DNA of 64,000 nt from an uncultured Spirochaetota bacterium (lineage in GTDB: Bacteria > Spirochaetota > Brevinematia > Brevinematales > JAOACQ01): positions 64,001 to 128,000 of the forward strand of contig CAWAOD010000005.1 of NCBI GenBank assembly GCA_963783575.1, in the 5' to 3' direction. The position numbers were made by a program, and so were the translations under genes. Under the pieces are notes generated by a model. It did no database searches and was not told the DNA's origin. It was given only the letters and a program-made list of their open reading frames with translations. How positions within the stretch are numbered: position 1 is the first letter of the stretch; each line of letters begins with the position of its first letter. Positions 51,459-61,893 of the stretch are shown piece after piece.

Positions 51459-53093
51459 TTATTTTTTGAAAAGTTTTTCTTCCTCATCCTGAACAATTGA
51501 AGAGGCGCTGTTTAACAGGTTACCGATCTGGTTCATAATATTATAGTATTTTGAATGAAGCGTATTTAATGAAAAAAGTCTCCTGACATTGGTACGGAAT
51601 TGCTGAAATGTTCCGTATTTGTTGATTTTATCGGGTTCATTCGAATCCGATGAAATAAGTTTTTTAATTTCTTCGATAAATCTCCTTCCAAGGTCTATCC
51701 TGATACCCTCCACCCTGAATGGATAATCACGGATAATTTTATTAATACGGTCATAAAGCCAATATGTGGAATCAACTATCATCTGATCCTGTACCCGTGG
51801 GTCTGAAGCGTCATTTACGATGATCTTACCGTTAAAAACGAAATTTGAAGTATTTGTTCTTCTTTTTGAGGATTCCTTATTGAATCCTTCAAATCCATTC
51901 TTAAAATTGGTGACCATGCCTTCTTTGCTGTATTCAGGAGACAGGTCGCTTTCCATGCTGATAAGAAATTTATCCAGAAGGTTCAGGATATCCAGCGCGG
52001 GCCTGCATTCTATTTTCGGCCAAAATTTTTCCTCTGAAATTTCTTTCTGTTTTGGTTCCTCTTTTATTTCCTCTTTATTTGGTTCCTCTTCTTTTATTTC
52101 TCTTTTGAATAGATTAAGTATCCAATCAAAAATCTTAGATAATAAAAAGGTTTCCGGCTGTTCCTGATCCAGAAGCCTGAATTCACCAGCTTCAATCGAT
52201 ATGATTTTACCTATTGATAACGCGGCCGGCTTTAATAAATCTATTGTAAAGCAAAATACCGCATCTCTTAAGATTTCCAGTAATTTATTGATAAGAGATA
52301 AAATCGGAGGATATTTTTCCAGTTGAATGGCAGCCAGGCCCATTTCGGAAGCAGTTTCCCGGAAACCGGATAAAAAATAGTAAAGTCCGCTGATAAACGA
52401 AATTAAATGGCCTGATTTCAATTGAGGAAGTTTTATGCTTAAAGCGTAATCATATAATTCACACACCAATATACATATTGAATGAAGTTTTTCAAGGTCC
52501 CGGAAATAGCTGACCAGCTGCTCAAGTTTATGTGCCGATTCCTTGGAATTATCGCTTCCCAGAGAATTGAAATAAATTTGAGTCTCGACTTTAACCGTTT
52601 CCAATAAAATTGTGACCGGTTCAATGGGTTTACCGATAATATTTAGAAAATAGGTTTGTTCCGGTGTCTTTATATCTTTAAAATACCCGATCAACAGCGA
52701 GCGGTCTATAAAATCGCCGGGAGTCAGCTTCGTAAACTGGGAGAATTGAAAACTGCCTTGGTCGATAAGAGGGGGGTATTTTTTTTTATGCTTACGATAA
52801 TCCAGTTTAAAAAAGAAATTCTTGAATATTAAAAACCGGTTCTCCTGGAAGAATAATTTTTTATAATATTCGAAAGAAAGATGATTGATAATTTTATGAG
52901 CCTCTTTAGTCAGCTTCAGTTCGTTATCAAAACTGAAAAATTGAAACTTGGCCTCATCCAGATTTATTTTTAAAATTTCATAGGGAGTTTCTTTCGGGCT
53001 TTCCGTCATATAAAAACATCCTTCCTTGAAAAGGAAAATAAATAAGAGGAACTTTCCTGGTTTTTGAACTGCCCAAATATTATTTTCATTCAT
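51459..53093 (-). CDS. Hypothetical protein (start possibly 53009)
   Basis: Long ORF with no recognised motif. Confidence 0.65.
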   Translation of the reverse strand: MNENNIWAVQKPGKFLLFIFLFKEGCFYMTESPKETPYEILKINLDEAKFQFFSFDNELKLTKEAHKIINHLSFEYYKKLFFQENRFLIFKNFFFKLDYRKHKKKYPPLIDQGSFQFSQFTKLTPGDFIDRSLLIGYFKDIKTPEQTYFLNIIGKPIEPVTILLETVKVETQIYFNSLGSDNSKESAHKLEQLVSYFRDLEKLHSICILVCELYDYALSIKLPQLKSGHLISFISGLYYFLSGFRETASEMGLAAIQLEKYPPILSLINKLLEILRDAVFCFTIDLLKPAALSIGKIISIEAGEFRLLDQEQPETFLLSKIFDWILNLFKREIKEEEPNKEEIKEEPKQKEISEEKFWPKIECRPALDILNLLDKFLISMESDLSPEYSKEGMVTNFKNGFEGFNKESSKRRTNTSNFVFNGKIIVNDASDPRVQDQMIVDSTYWLYDRINKIIRDYPFRVEGIRIDLGRRFIEEIKKLISSDSNEPDKINKYGTFQQFRTNVRRLFSLNTLHSKYYNIMNQIGNLLNSASSIVQDEEEKLFKK

Positions 53094-53209
53094 TATACAC
53101 TATTCGGAAATAAAAACAAATAAATTTTTTTATATTTTTTTGTCATTTTTTATTAGTTTAATTATTATTGTTTTATAGTCAATAAAAGTATTGGCTAAAA
53201 GGAAGAATA

Positions 53210-53896
53210 ATGAAAAGAATTATAATGACTTTACTTATTGCCGTATTTGCTTTATCTATTATTCAGGCTAAGAATGTCAATATTATTATGAAGGACGGCA
53301 CGGTTTTAAAAGGCGATCTCATAGGCAAGACTTCGGAAGAAGTTTATATTCAGGACACTAACAGCAAGTCGGTTGAAGTAAAGGTAAGCGATATCAAATC
53401 GCTTTTTGACTCGGACACGGGCGATCAGATAAATCTGGCCGGCGACACGGCAGCTCCAAATTCAAATCAGCCCAATACGGCAGATACCAATGTTGTTATT
53501 TCCCAACCGGATGTAGCGGTAATTCCAAATACATACGTTTATTATTATTCGTATGATAATTACGACTGTTTCTATTATGCGGGTTACTGGTGGAGGCCAT
53601 GGCACAGGGTTTGGTACAGGTCTGCGGCTTACAACGGCGGATGGGTATTAATAAGCCCGGAATATGTACCGTACAATGTCATGCATCTGCCCCCAAGGTG
53701 GAGGGATGGAATTGCAATTGCCCCGAGGATAGGCTGGGGAGATGTGCGATACCACTGGCAGGAATGGGAAAGGACAAGGTATTGGAGTAAAGTCGGCTGG
53801 AGAAGGGAAGAAGTAATAAGGCAGAATAATAGGGCGGTTGTTAGGGATAAACGTACCGGTGAAAACAAAAAGAAAAAAGAATCAGATAGAAAATAA
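53210..53896 (+). CDS. Exported hypothetical protein with Trp/Tyr-rich region
   Basis: Signal peptide; YYAGYWWRPWHRVWYRS..YNGGW. Confidence 0.7.
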   Translation: MKRIIMTLLIAVFALSIIQAKNVNIIMKDGTVLKGDLIGKTSEEVYIQDTNSKSVEVKVSDIKSLFDSDTGDQINLAGDTAAPNSNQPNTADTNVVISQPDVAVIPNTYVYYYSYDNYDCFYYAGYWWRPWHRVWYRSAAYNGGWVLISPEYVPYNVMHLPPRWRDGIAIAPRIGWGDVRYHWQEWERTRYWSKVGWRREEVIRQNNRAVVRDKRTGENKKKKESDRK

Positions 53897-53923
53897 TTTT
53901 GACTGGTTTAACAGCCATTCTGT

Positions 53924-54262
53924 TTATTTATTGCTAATGAGAATTACGTTTGATAGATGGGCTTCGTAGTGTTTATACTTGTGATTGGGCGTTTCCAGTT
54001 TGATTATGTATAAATCACCGTGTACCCTTATAATATTACCGATAAACTTAGTTTCAGTTTTTTTCTTATCTTTAGGAAGATAAAAATCAATTCCGTTTGT
54101 ATCGGATACCACGAGCCGGGTAAACGGTTCACTGCCGACCAGCCTTAATATACCCTGAACATCTATTTTTTGACCGTTTTTATATTTGCTAAGCTTGTTT
54201 GGGTTACTGCTCATTCCTAGTGATAATAGTAAAATGATTAATAATAAAAATATTTTATACAT
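53924..54262 (-). CDS. Small exported hypothetical protein
   Basis: Signal peptide; G.LRLVGSEPF. Confidence 0.65.
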   Translation of the reverse strand: MYKIFLLLIILLLSLGMSSNPNKLSKYKNGQKIDVQGILRLVGSEPFTRLVVSDTNGIDFYLPKDKKKTETKFIGNIIRVHGDLYIIKLETPNHKYKHYEAHLSNVILISNK

Positions 54263-54299
54263 AGCTATCTCCGAAGTTAAACAAGAGTTCCAGAATATA

Positions 54300-55772
54300 C
54301 TATTGATGGCTGTTAGAATTTGGAACGATTAAGGTTCCGGCAGGCTTTATTTTAATGAGCTTGCCGCTTGTTTGCGGTTTTTTCCCGTTTCTGCCTACTA
54401 TAAAATCAATAGGGAAATGCCTCCCGGTACCGTCAGAAATAATTGAATAAGTTTTATCCATAAGAATGCCTGAAGCCGAAACGATACTTGCATTCGGCAA
54501 ACCGCTGACGGGTATACCGGAATCGCTTAAATTCGCATCGACATTGTAAGCCAGTAAAATGTTTCCGCTGTAACTTGTCCCGTTTGTATCGGCAGCGTTA
54601 TTTGATTGATTTATTCCGGCATAATAAATATTTACAATGGCCGTAGGGTTAACAGAACCTGTCCCGGAACTGCTTATCAAAGAATATATGCCGCTGCCCG
54701 GGGCTATATTGGCCGAAGTATGGGAATATATCGGCGGTATAACCGAAATGGCATTTGAATAACCCCACAAGCCGCCGCTTTCGCATAAAGCGTTCGCTAT
54801 ATACCAGTTCCCAAGGATTGTCTGCCAGTTCGCAGAGGATAATGAAGAAATATTGCTATTAACAGCGGAGACTACAGCCGTATAATCGGGGGCAGGATTG
54901 TCCCGGATGGTACGCAGGATTGGCGTATTATTCGCCAGAGAACCGCCCGATTGGATGCGGAGCCATTGAAAGAAAAGAAAATCGGTTACATAGTTCTCGT
55001 ATATCTCAGACCATGAGTAAAAACTTGTGCCGGCTGCAATAAGTCTGTTATAAGAGGTATTGTTATAATATGAAACCCTGTCGTCGTTTCCCGGTAAAAG
55101 ATTCTTCGATAATTCGTAAAGCCCTTCGGTGGAAACTGAAAGTCCTTCATTAATCCAGGTATCCTCTTCGGACCATGCATGAACCATAACTCTTTGATAA
55201 TAATTGATCATATGCTGAAGTTCATGCGCTGTAGTTTGATCGAACAATTCGTTTCCGGGGGTAGTCGCCGGAATGCCCGGAACATTATTCATATAAATCA
55301 TATTTTTCCCGTTTTGCCCCTCCTGTCCGGAGTATAATTGATTGAAATCAAAAAAACCGGCAAAATAACTTCCGTTGCCCAGGCTGCCCCCGGGAATATC
55401 ATATATAAGAATGGTCACCTTTCCCGTATTATCAACATCCGGGATGCTTCCATAAATGCCGGTATCCAGATTATAAACGTTAGTGTCGAATTCCTGTCCC
55501 GTATTGCTTATCTCTTGTAATGTTACATAATTGAGTGAATTATCATCTACATAAACCAGGCAATGTGCCCCGGAATAAAGCAGCTGCGCCGTGAGCTGAT
55601 AATAAAAAAGGTTATTAGGGTCAGTCATATCTAGCGCCCAGAATGTTCCTGGCCCCATAGACCCGCTGTTGGAACTGCTGCTGTTTTGATAAGGTGAACA
55701 TGAGAATATACCTAAAATTTCGAAAACAAACAACACTAAAATAGAAAATGACTTTAAACCTGGAATTTTCAT
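54300..55772 (-). CDS. Zinc metallopeptidase lipoprotein (M30-like)
   Basis: FSC lipobox; HELQH and WINEGLS. Confidence 0.8.
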   Translation of the reverse strand: MKIPGLKSFSILVLFVFEILGIFSCSPYQNSSSSNSGSMGPGTFWALDMTDPNNLFYYQLTAQLLYSGAHCLVYVDDNSLNYVTLQEISNTGQEFDTNVYNLDTGIYGSIPDVDNTGKVTILIYDIPGGSLGNGSYFAGFFDFNQLYSGQEGQNGKNMIYMNNVPGIPATTPGNELFDQTTAHELQHMINYYQRVMVHAWSEEDTWINEGLSVSTEGLYELSKNLLPGNDDRVSYYNNTSYNRLIAAGTSFYSWSEIYENYVTDFLFFQWLRIQSGGSLANNTPILRTIRDNPAPDYTAVVSAVNSNISSLSSANWQTILGNWYIANALCESGGLWGYSNAISVIPPIYSHTSANIAPGSGIYSLISSSGTGSVNPTAIVNIYYAGINQSNNAADTNGTSYSGNILLAYNVDANLSDSGIPVSGLPNASIVSASGILMDKTYSIISDGTGRHFPIDFIVGRNGKKPQTSGKLIKIKPAGTLIVPNSNSHQ

Positions 55773-55971
55773 ATTTCCGCCTAATAATTATTATAATAAG
55801 CTTAATGTTTTCCCGAAAAAAAATCAAAAAAGAAGTTGTAAGTACAAAAAAGTTAATAACAATAATAAGAAAAAGGAGTGAAAATGTTTTTAAATAAAAT
55901 ATAAGAGGGATTAAAATGATATCGGTAGTTCTTTATCCTTTTAATAATAAAGCAATTTAAAATTCAGTTAA

Positions 55972-56000
55972 TTGACAATTCCAGAAAGTGTTATTACAAT
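55972..56000 (+). promoter_or_regulatory. Sigma70-type promoter
   Basis: TTGACA-17-TACAAT. Confidence 0.65.
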
Positions 56001-56028
56001 TTTTCTTATTAACAATAAGGAGAACAAA

Positions 56029-56826
56029 ATGAAAGCATTGAAATTTATTGCTGCTATTATGTTTTTAGTTTTCGCTATTTCAGCGTCTTATGCGCAAACT
56101 TATTACATGGCAAATCTTATGAACTCTTCCCAGAGTGCAACGGTGACGGTTAACGGCTATCCTCTTGTTACTTCATCGCAGTTGCAGGATGTGTCATCTT
56201 CTGCGCCAATGAATCTCTGGATATGGAAAGGAGCCAATACCGTAAAAATCCACCTTGAAGCCAGGGATTCAAAGCATAGTCCTTCTCTGAGCGTTGCAAT
56301 TATAAAACAAACATCAGATCAAAAAGAAACGAGCCTGGTTAAATTCGTTTACCCGGCTAAAAATGAAAAGCCGGTTTACCCTTATGATAAAACCATCACA
56401 TTTGATCTTGCAGATGATACCCCTTCTGGTTTCTGGGGAGAGGCCGAACCGATAGTTCTTGACAACGCTTCTAAAAGCAATGCGGGAGATATTGTAGTAC
56501 AGATTTTTAACGCTTTTCAAAAAAAGGACCTGAAAAAACTGCATGAGTTGAGAGATTACCAATTGAAAGATATGGCTAAGACCTTCGGTCAGAATGTTGA
56601 AAATTTATCGAAAAGTTTTGATGAGGATATTACCGAAGCTTTTGGCAGTAAAGATTTCAAGCCGGTCCCTTTCAAAAAGGATGATTTAAACTTTAACCTG
56701 CTGGAAAACGGGAAGGTTATCATGATTACGCTTAAAGACGGAACTACTCCATTGTCATTCGGTTCTTTCAGCATCAAAGATGTTTTTATAGGGAAAGTTA
56801 AAGGAAAATATCTCCTGGTAAGATGA
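56029..56826 (+). CDS. Exported hypothetical protein
   Basis: AAGGAG RBS; signal peptide ending in ASYA. Confidence 0.75.
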   Translation: MKALKFIAAIMFLVFAISASYAQTYYMANLMNSSQSATVTVNGYPLVTSSQLQDVSSSAPMNLWIWKGANTVKIHLEARDSKHSPSLSVAIIKQTSDQKETSLVKFVYPAKNEKPVYPYDKTITFDLADDTPSGFWGEAEPIVLDNASKSNAGDIVVQIFNAFQKKDLKKLHELRDYQLKDMAKTFGQNVENLSKSFDEDITEAFGSKDFKPVPFKKDDLNFNLLENGKVIMITLKDGTTPLSFGSFSIKDVFIGKVKGKYLLVR

Positions 56827-56856
56827 GAGCATTCTATTCGAGAATTTACATAAAAT

Positions 56857-56894
56857 ATGGGCAATTCCAAAAAGTCATTTTTGGAATTGCCCAT
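56857..56894 (+). terminator. Strong hairpin downstream of gene
   Basis: atgggcaattccaaaaa-gtca-tttttggaattgcccat, 17-bp stem. Confidence 0.6.
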
Positions 56895-57087
56895 CCCATA
56901 ACTTGTTATCCTGCCTTAATAACTCCTGAGATGTTTTTCAACAAGCGTGCCGCTTGACCCGGGTATGATTCCCCGCAGTTTACTGCGTTAACTATCAAGT
57001 TGGCTTTACGCTATTCTGTATTAATAATACCCCGCAGCTTGCTGCGGGGATAGTTTATTCAAAATTTTGGATATTATATTCTTATGT

Positions 57088-57116
57088 TTGACATAGAGTA
57101 ATCATTTTACTATAAT
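57088..57116 (+). promoter_or_regulatory. Perfect-consensus sigma70 promoter
   Basis: TTGACA-17-TATAAT upstream of the kinase gene. Confidence 0.75.
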
Positions 57117-57221
57117 AATAAAACCTTTATGCAATATCCGGTAAAATTATTTTTCTAAATAAAATGATCGGCCTGCTTCAAATAAAAGGATTAATTCAGA
57201 TTTTATCCGTGGGGGGTATAT

Positions 57222-58886
57222 TTGAATATAGATATACGTACGCTCACCTTAATATTAAGTATTACAGATGCGCTTCTGGTTGGCGTATTTTTTTTCCAGT
57301 TTATATTAAATAATAACTTTCGGGGTCAAGGCTGGTGGGTTTTGGGGCTGGCCTCTCTGTCCATCGGCGTTTTTTTATTACTGATGCGTGATTTTATTAC
57401 CATCAGGTTTATTTATATTATACTCGCAAATTCAATGATTATTATGGGCGGGATATTTCTCTATATCGGTATTATGCGGTTTCTCGAAAAAAAAGAAAAC
57501 CTCCGGCTAATTTTATCAGTAATGATCTTGTTTCTATCATCATATTTTTATTTTACTTATGTGAACGATAATATATCTGTCAGGACTGGATTTCTGTCCG
57601 CCGCTATTGCTATTCTGGCATTATTCGGAGCGCAGAGTCTTTTAACATATAAAACACGATATATTAAAGCTTCCGCCTTCTTCAACGCGGTTGTTTTTCT
57701 ATCGTACGGATGTTTAATCGTGATCCGGGCTGTAGTAGTGCTGACCTATATTCCTGTAACCAACATTTTTACGCCGGGCCTGATGCAGACGGCTTTTTTT
57801 TTGGGAACGTTTATCTACCATATCATTTTAACATTTGGGCTTATTATTATGGTCAACCAGCGGTTAAATGGGGAAATGCGGGAAGCAAGGAATGAACAGC
57901 GGCTCATTTTCAACAGCAGCCCGGGTGCAGCTCTTATAACCCGCCTGAGTGATGGTATTTATGTAGACAGCAATGATAAATTCACCGAATTGACAGGTTA
58001 TAAAAGGGAAGAATTGGTTGGAACATCGAGTCTGGAAATCAATTTCTGGGAAAAACCGGCCGAAAGAGATATATTTACCAATGAATTGCGTAAAAATGGA
58101 TTTTGCAAAAATATGGAAGCCAGTCTTCATCGGAAAGACGGCATGGTCACTACTGCAATTATGTCTGCGAATATTATTACTCTTCAGGGCATTCCGCATA
58201 TCTTGAGCATTACGAGCGACATTTCGGAAAGGAAGCGGGAAGAAGAACAGATACAATCCCTCCTTAAGGACAAAGAATTACTGCTGAAAGAAGTTCATCA
58301 TCGCGTTAAAAACAATATGAATACTATAAACAGTCTCCTTTATCTGCAGTCGAATAATTTAAAAGAGCCTTCAGCCGTCGCCGCATTGCATGACGCAGCA
58401 AGCCGTGTTCAAAGTATGGCAATACTCTATGATAAACTTTACCAGTCCTCAAACTTTAAATCTATGTCTATCAGCAATTATCTTACACCTTTGATCGAAG
58501 ATATTGTTAGTTATTTTCCTAAAAACATCCCTGTTAAAATAGAAAAAAATATTGGTGATTTTCAGCTTCCGGCTGAAACCTTATTTCCGCTTGGAATCAT
58601 CACAAATGAACTTATTACAAATATTATGAAGTATGCGTTCGCTGGCAGAGATGACCGCTTGATTACGGTCTCCGCTGAACAAAACAAGGATCAAACCAAA
58701 ATCATAATCAAAGATAATGGAATAGGAATTTCCAAGGATTTCAACCCTAAAAATTTTAATCCGGAAAACTCAACCGGTTTCGGGTTAAAACTTGTCGGAT
58801 TATTAACCAAACAATTGGAAGGTACTTTACGGATAGAATCAGACAATGGGACAAAATTTATTCTGGAATTTGATACTCCAAAATAA
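57222..58886 (+). CDS. Membrane-bound PAS sensor histidine kinase (HisKA_2 type)
   Basis: About 7 TM segments, PAS domain, KEVHHRVKNN, NELITN..KYAF, DNGIG and GFGL. Confidence 0.9.
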   Translation: MNIDIRTLTLILSITDALLVGVFFFQFILNNNFRGQGWWVLGLASLSIGVFLLLMRDFITIRFIYIILANSMIIMGGIFLYIGIMRFLEKKENLRLILSVMILFLSSYFYFTYVNDNISVRTGFLSAAIAILALFGAQSLLTYKTRYIKASAFFNAVVFLSYGCLIVIRAVVVLTYIPVTNIFTPGLMQTAFFLGTFIYHIILTFGLIIMVNQRLNGEMREARNEQRLIFNSSPGAALITRLSDGIYVDSNDKFTELTGYKREELVGTSSLEINFWEKPAERDIFTNELRKNGFCKNMEASLHRKDGMVTTAIMSANIITLQGIPHILSITSDISERKREEEQIQSLLKDKELLLKEVHHRVKNNMNTINSLLYLQSNNLKEPSAVAALHDAASRVQSMAILYDKLYQSSNFKSMSISNYLTPLIEDIVSYFPKNIPVKIEKNIGDFQLPAETLFPLGIITNELITNIMKYAFAGRDDRLITVSAEQNKDQTKIIIKDNGIGISKDFNPKNFNPENSTGFGLKLVGLLTKQLEGTLRIESDNGTKFILEFDTPK

Positions 58887-58952
58887 TGGCACGGCTCATA
58901 AAAACCGGTGGTTTTGTTTACTGGTTTTAATATTGAGTAATTACACAATTAC

Positions 58953-60455
58953 TTATTCAAGTGCGGCTTCATGCTGTTTACTGTAGATTCTCTTAATAGT
59001 CCTGATAAATTCATCGCCTTCAATAAGATTTGTAATTTTCAATAAGAAATGGGTCACCGCATCTTCCCTTACGCCGGAAATGCTGTATATTTCAACATTC
59101 TGAGGTTTGACTTCATAGCTGTTCATTATCACTTCCATATCGGTCAATTTACTGAAAGGCACAGGCTCAATATGACGGTAAAAAACCACAAAAAAAACAC
59201 CCTTTGAATATACATAAAAGTCCTGGTGTTTATACATCAGGTTGAAATGATGCCGCGACAGAATTTTATTGCAGACGGAATCGAAGTTTTTATCCTCGTT
59301 TTCCTCGTTGCTTGTAAAATAATTTGCCAGGTAGCTGTGTGGAATAATTTTTTTAAATCTTTCATACATTATTCCGGAATCTTTGTAATCGGGTTTCATC
59401 ATATAAACCCTTTCAAAATTCTTAAGGGCTGAGAATTCCTCGCCTGTATTCCACAAAAGATTTGCGTATAAATACATTAGCTCGGTTTTTGTCTCCTCGC
59501 TTGACGGTTTGGACAGGTAATCCGAGACATAACGTATTCCAGTGTTATAGTCCTTAATTTTAATGAATAAGTTTATAATGGCGATCTGGCAGTTTTCCTT
59601 GATTTTTACCGGGTTATTATTTTCTTCCTGGTTGTTGATATCTGTTGTGCCGGTTTTAATTTCTTCCTGCCAATCCCTTGCAAGAATATTCTGATATGTT
59701 TCCTTGGCTTCGCGGTATTTTTTAAGGCTTTCAAGAGTTTTTGCCTTATAGTAAAATACCTCAATATTATTGGAATCGTATTTTTCAAGCAATTCGAATT
59801 GTTTTAACGCGCTACCGTGGCTCCCGTTCTCGAAAAGTATTTTTCCATACAGAAACCTGGCATCAATCAGCCCGCCTCTTTTACTTAAAAGTTTTTCAAG
59901 ATATTCCCTGGCTTTTTTAAGATTTTTGTTTTTGTATTGGATCCGGGCAAGGTCATATAATGTTTCGCAATGGTTTTCATCATGTTCCAGAAGCATCAGG
60001 TAATATGACAGCGCTTCTTTCGGCTTGTCCAGGAGACTGTAAATCCTGGCGATGTGAAGCAGGATTGATATATATAATTTCTTGTTGTTTACGGCAAGGA
60101 CGCTTGCCTCAATATAATATTTCAGCGCTAACGAAAGGGATTCCGTGGATTCGTAAGCCTGGGCCAGATAATATAAAACAAAGAGCAGGTCGGCTTTCTG
60201 GCGGGCCGGTTTGTTACCAATATAATCTTTAGCCGTTTTTATTACCTCGGAATACTGCTTGTTTCTTAATTTCCGTCCAAGCTGCCTTTCAATGGATTGC
60301 ATAAAGAACATTGATCTTATTACAATAAATATAATTCCTGCAAGCAGTAATGCGATTATGGAAAAAATTATTATCAGAAGATCGTCTTCAATCTTTAATT
60401 GACTGAGCGCGGCCGGCAAACCGGATATATTTTCATTCATAATAATCCTTCCCAA
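58953..60455 (-). CDS. TPR-repeat membrane-anchored protein
   Basis: N-terminal TM segment and multiple TPR helices. Confidence 0.8.
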   Translation of the reverse strand: MGRIIMNENISGLPAALSQLKIEDDLLIIIFSIIALLLAGIIFIVIRSMFFMQSIERQLGRKLRNKQYSEVIKTAKDYIGNKPARQKADLLFVLYYLAQAYESTESLSLALKYYIEASVLAVNNKKLYISILLHIARIYSLLDKPKEALSYYLMLLEHDENHCETLYDLARIQYKNKNLKKAREYLEKLLSKRGGLIDARFLYGKILFENGSHGSALKQFELLEKYDSNNIEVFYYKAKTLESLKKYREAKETYQNILARDWQEEIKTGTTDINNQEENNNPVKIKENCQIAIINLFIKIKDYNTGIRYVSDYLSKPSSEETKTELMYLYANLLWNTGEEFSALKNFERVYMMKPDYKDSGIMYERFKKIIPHSYLANYFTSNEENEDKNFDSVCNKILSRHHFNLMYKHQDFYVYSKGVFFVVFYRHIEPVPFSKLTDMEVIMNSYEVKPQNVEIYSISGVREDAVTHFLLKITNLIEGDEFIRTIKRIYSKQHEAALE

Positions 60456-61168
60456 ATGCGGGTAAGGTTTGTTTTATTGATCCAGCCTTCATGTCCGTCT
60501 ATTGTATTTATAAGATAGTAATCGCTGCTGGCTTTTTTTATAACGCATTCAAGACCGGCTGCCGCATCATTGATTTTAATGGAATTTTCTTCCGGCCTTT
60601 CCTGAAGTATTGAATCATTTATTAAAACTGCGTTCTTATTATCAAATGTAACATTATACCTTACAATTGCAGAAAGAATAAAAATAATGCCTAAAATGAA
60701 GAATATCAAAGAAAAGATCATTACCTGTTTTTGATGATTTTCTAAGAGTATGATTGTAAACCGGCCCAGAATAACTGATAATCCGCAACTTCCGGTCAAT
60801 AAAAAAAGCAGCCCGATGAATCCCGTCCAATTTATATTCAATATGAGAAATGGAAACAAAACAGCCTGTTCCAGCGGCGACAAATCCATAAGGTATGGCG
60901 GTATGCCAATTGAATCCCTGTAAGCGTTTAGCTGGTTTTTAATATCTTTGCTATAAGGATTTAAAAGGTTTGCGCGACGGAGATTGAGTATTGCCAACCC
61001 TTTATTACCGGCATCGCCGTATAGAATTCCGAGATTGTAATAAATTCTGTCGTCTTTAAATAATTTTGCCAGTTTTTCAAGCTGTGGTATTTCATAAGTT
61101 TTTTGTTCCTGGCCGAATACAATGTTTCCTATAAATAAAATCAATGATAAAATTATAATTTTCTTCAT
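60437..61168 (-). CDS. BatE-like TPR/TM/SH3 protein
   Basis: YYNLG...G.AIL..RRA..LNP; two TM segments; C-terminal G.EGWI. Confidence 0.7.
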   Translation of the reverse strand: MKKIIILSLILFIGNIVFGQEQKTYEIPQLEKLAKLFKDDRIYYNLGILYGDAGNKGLAILNLRRANLLNPYSKDIKNQLNAYRDSIGIPPYLMDLSPLEQAVLFPFLILNINWTGFIGLLFLLTGSCGLSVILGRFTIILLENHQKQVMIFSLIFFILGIIFILSAIVRYNVTFDNKNAVLINDSILQERPEENSIKINDAAAGLECVIKKASSDYYLINTIDGHEGWINKTNLTRIWEGLL

Positions 61169-61893
61169 TCCTGGCTTCCCCTTTCGTTTTGATTTAAAAG
61201 ACTTTCAGTATAGTTTTTTAATTTAATTTTGGCGTTTTTAATTGATTCAATCAGTGACGCCTCGGGATTTTCACAAATTTCACCGTGGCCCGGGAACATT
61301 CTTCTGGTTTTATAAGTATTGAGCCTTTCAAGGGAATTTATATAATCGCCGTAGCTGCCTGAATCTGATATCTTTGAAATAACGCCGTTTGCGAAAACAG
61401 TGTCGCCTGTGAACATAAATCTCTTAAACGGCTCATACAAACAAATACAGCCCGAGGTATGCCCGGGAGTATGAAGTACCTTGAGCTTATAATTGCCGAA
61501 GTCAAATAAAACCCTTGTTTCAAGCCAGATGTTGATTCTGGTTTTTATTGTTTCTTCTCCATGGATTGCGGCGTGTATAACGTATTCATCCTGAAGTTCG
61601 ATTTTGGTAGCGGCAAAGCGGTCGGCCGCGAGCATTGCCGTTTCGTAGAAAAAGCCGATCCCGCCGATATGATCGTAATGCTCATGGGTGCAAATTACCA
61701 GGTGAATATCGCTTATCTTTAAACCTACTTTTGAAATTGATTGTACAATATTGTTGAAATTACTTCGCGTACCTGTATCTACGAGCAGATTTTTGTAAAG
61801 GCCTTTAATTAAATAGGCGTGGGAACTGGGTTTATTGCCATATATTATAAAAATATTTTCTTCAATCTCGTCTAATAATTTATCCCCTGGCAT
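61165..61893 (-). CDS. Metallo-beta-lactamase-fold hydrolase
   Basis: THEHYDHIGG, HTPGHT, TGD and PGHG. Confidence 0.9.
   Translation of the reverse strand: MPGDKLLDEIEENIFIIYGNKPSSHAYLIKGLYKNLLVDTGTRSNFNNIVQSISKVGLKISDIHLVICTHEHYDHIGGIGFFYETAMLAADRFAATKIELQDEYVIHAAIHGEETIKTRINIWLETRVLFDFGNYKLKVLHTPGHTSGCICLYEPFKRFMFTGDTVFANGVISKISDSGSYGDYINSLERLNTYKTRRMFPGHGEICENPEASLIESIKNAKIKLKNYTESLLNQNERGSQE

Noticed and set aside
55972..56028. TTG start for the exported protein
   Set aside because: The TTG is part of a -35 box; the RBS and signal peptide support ATG 56029.
61165..61893. Antibiotic-resistance beta-lactamase
   Set aside because: It is a generic MBL-fold hydrolase with no signal peptide, in a housekeeping-like operon.
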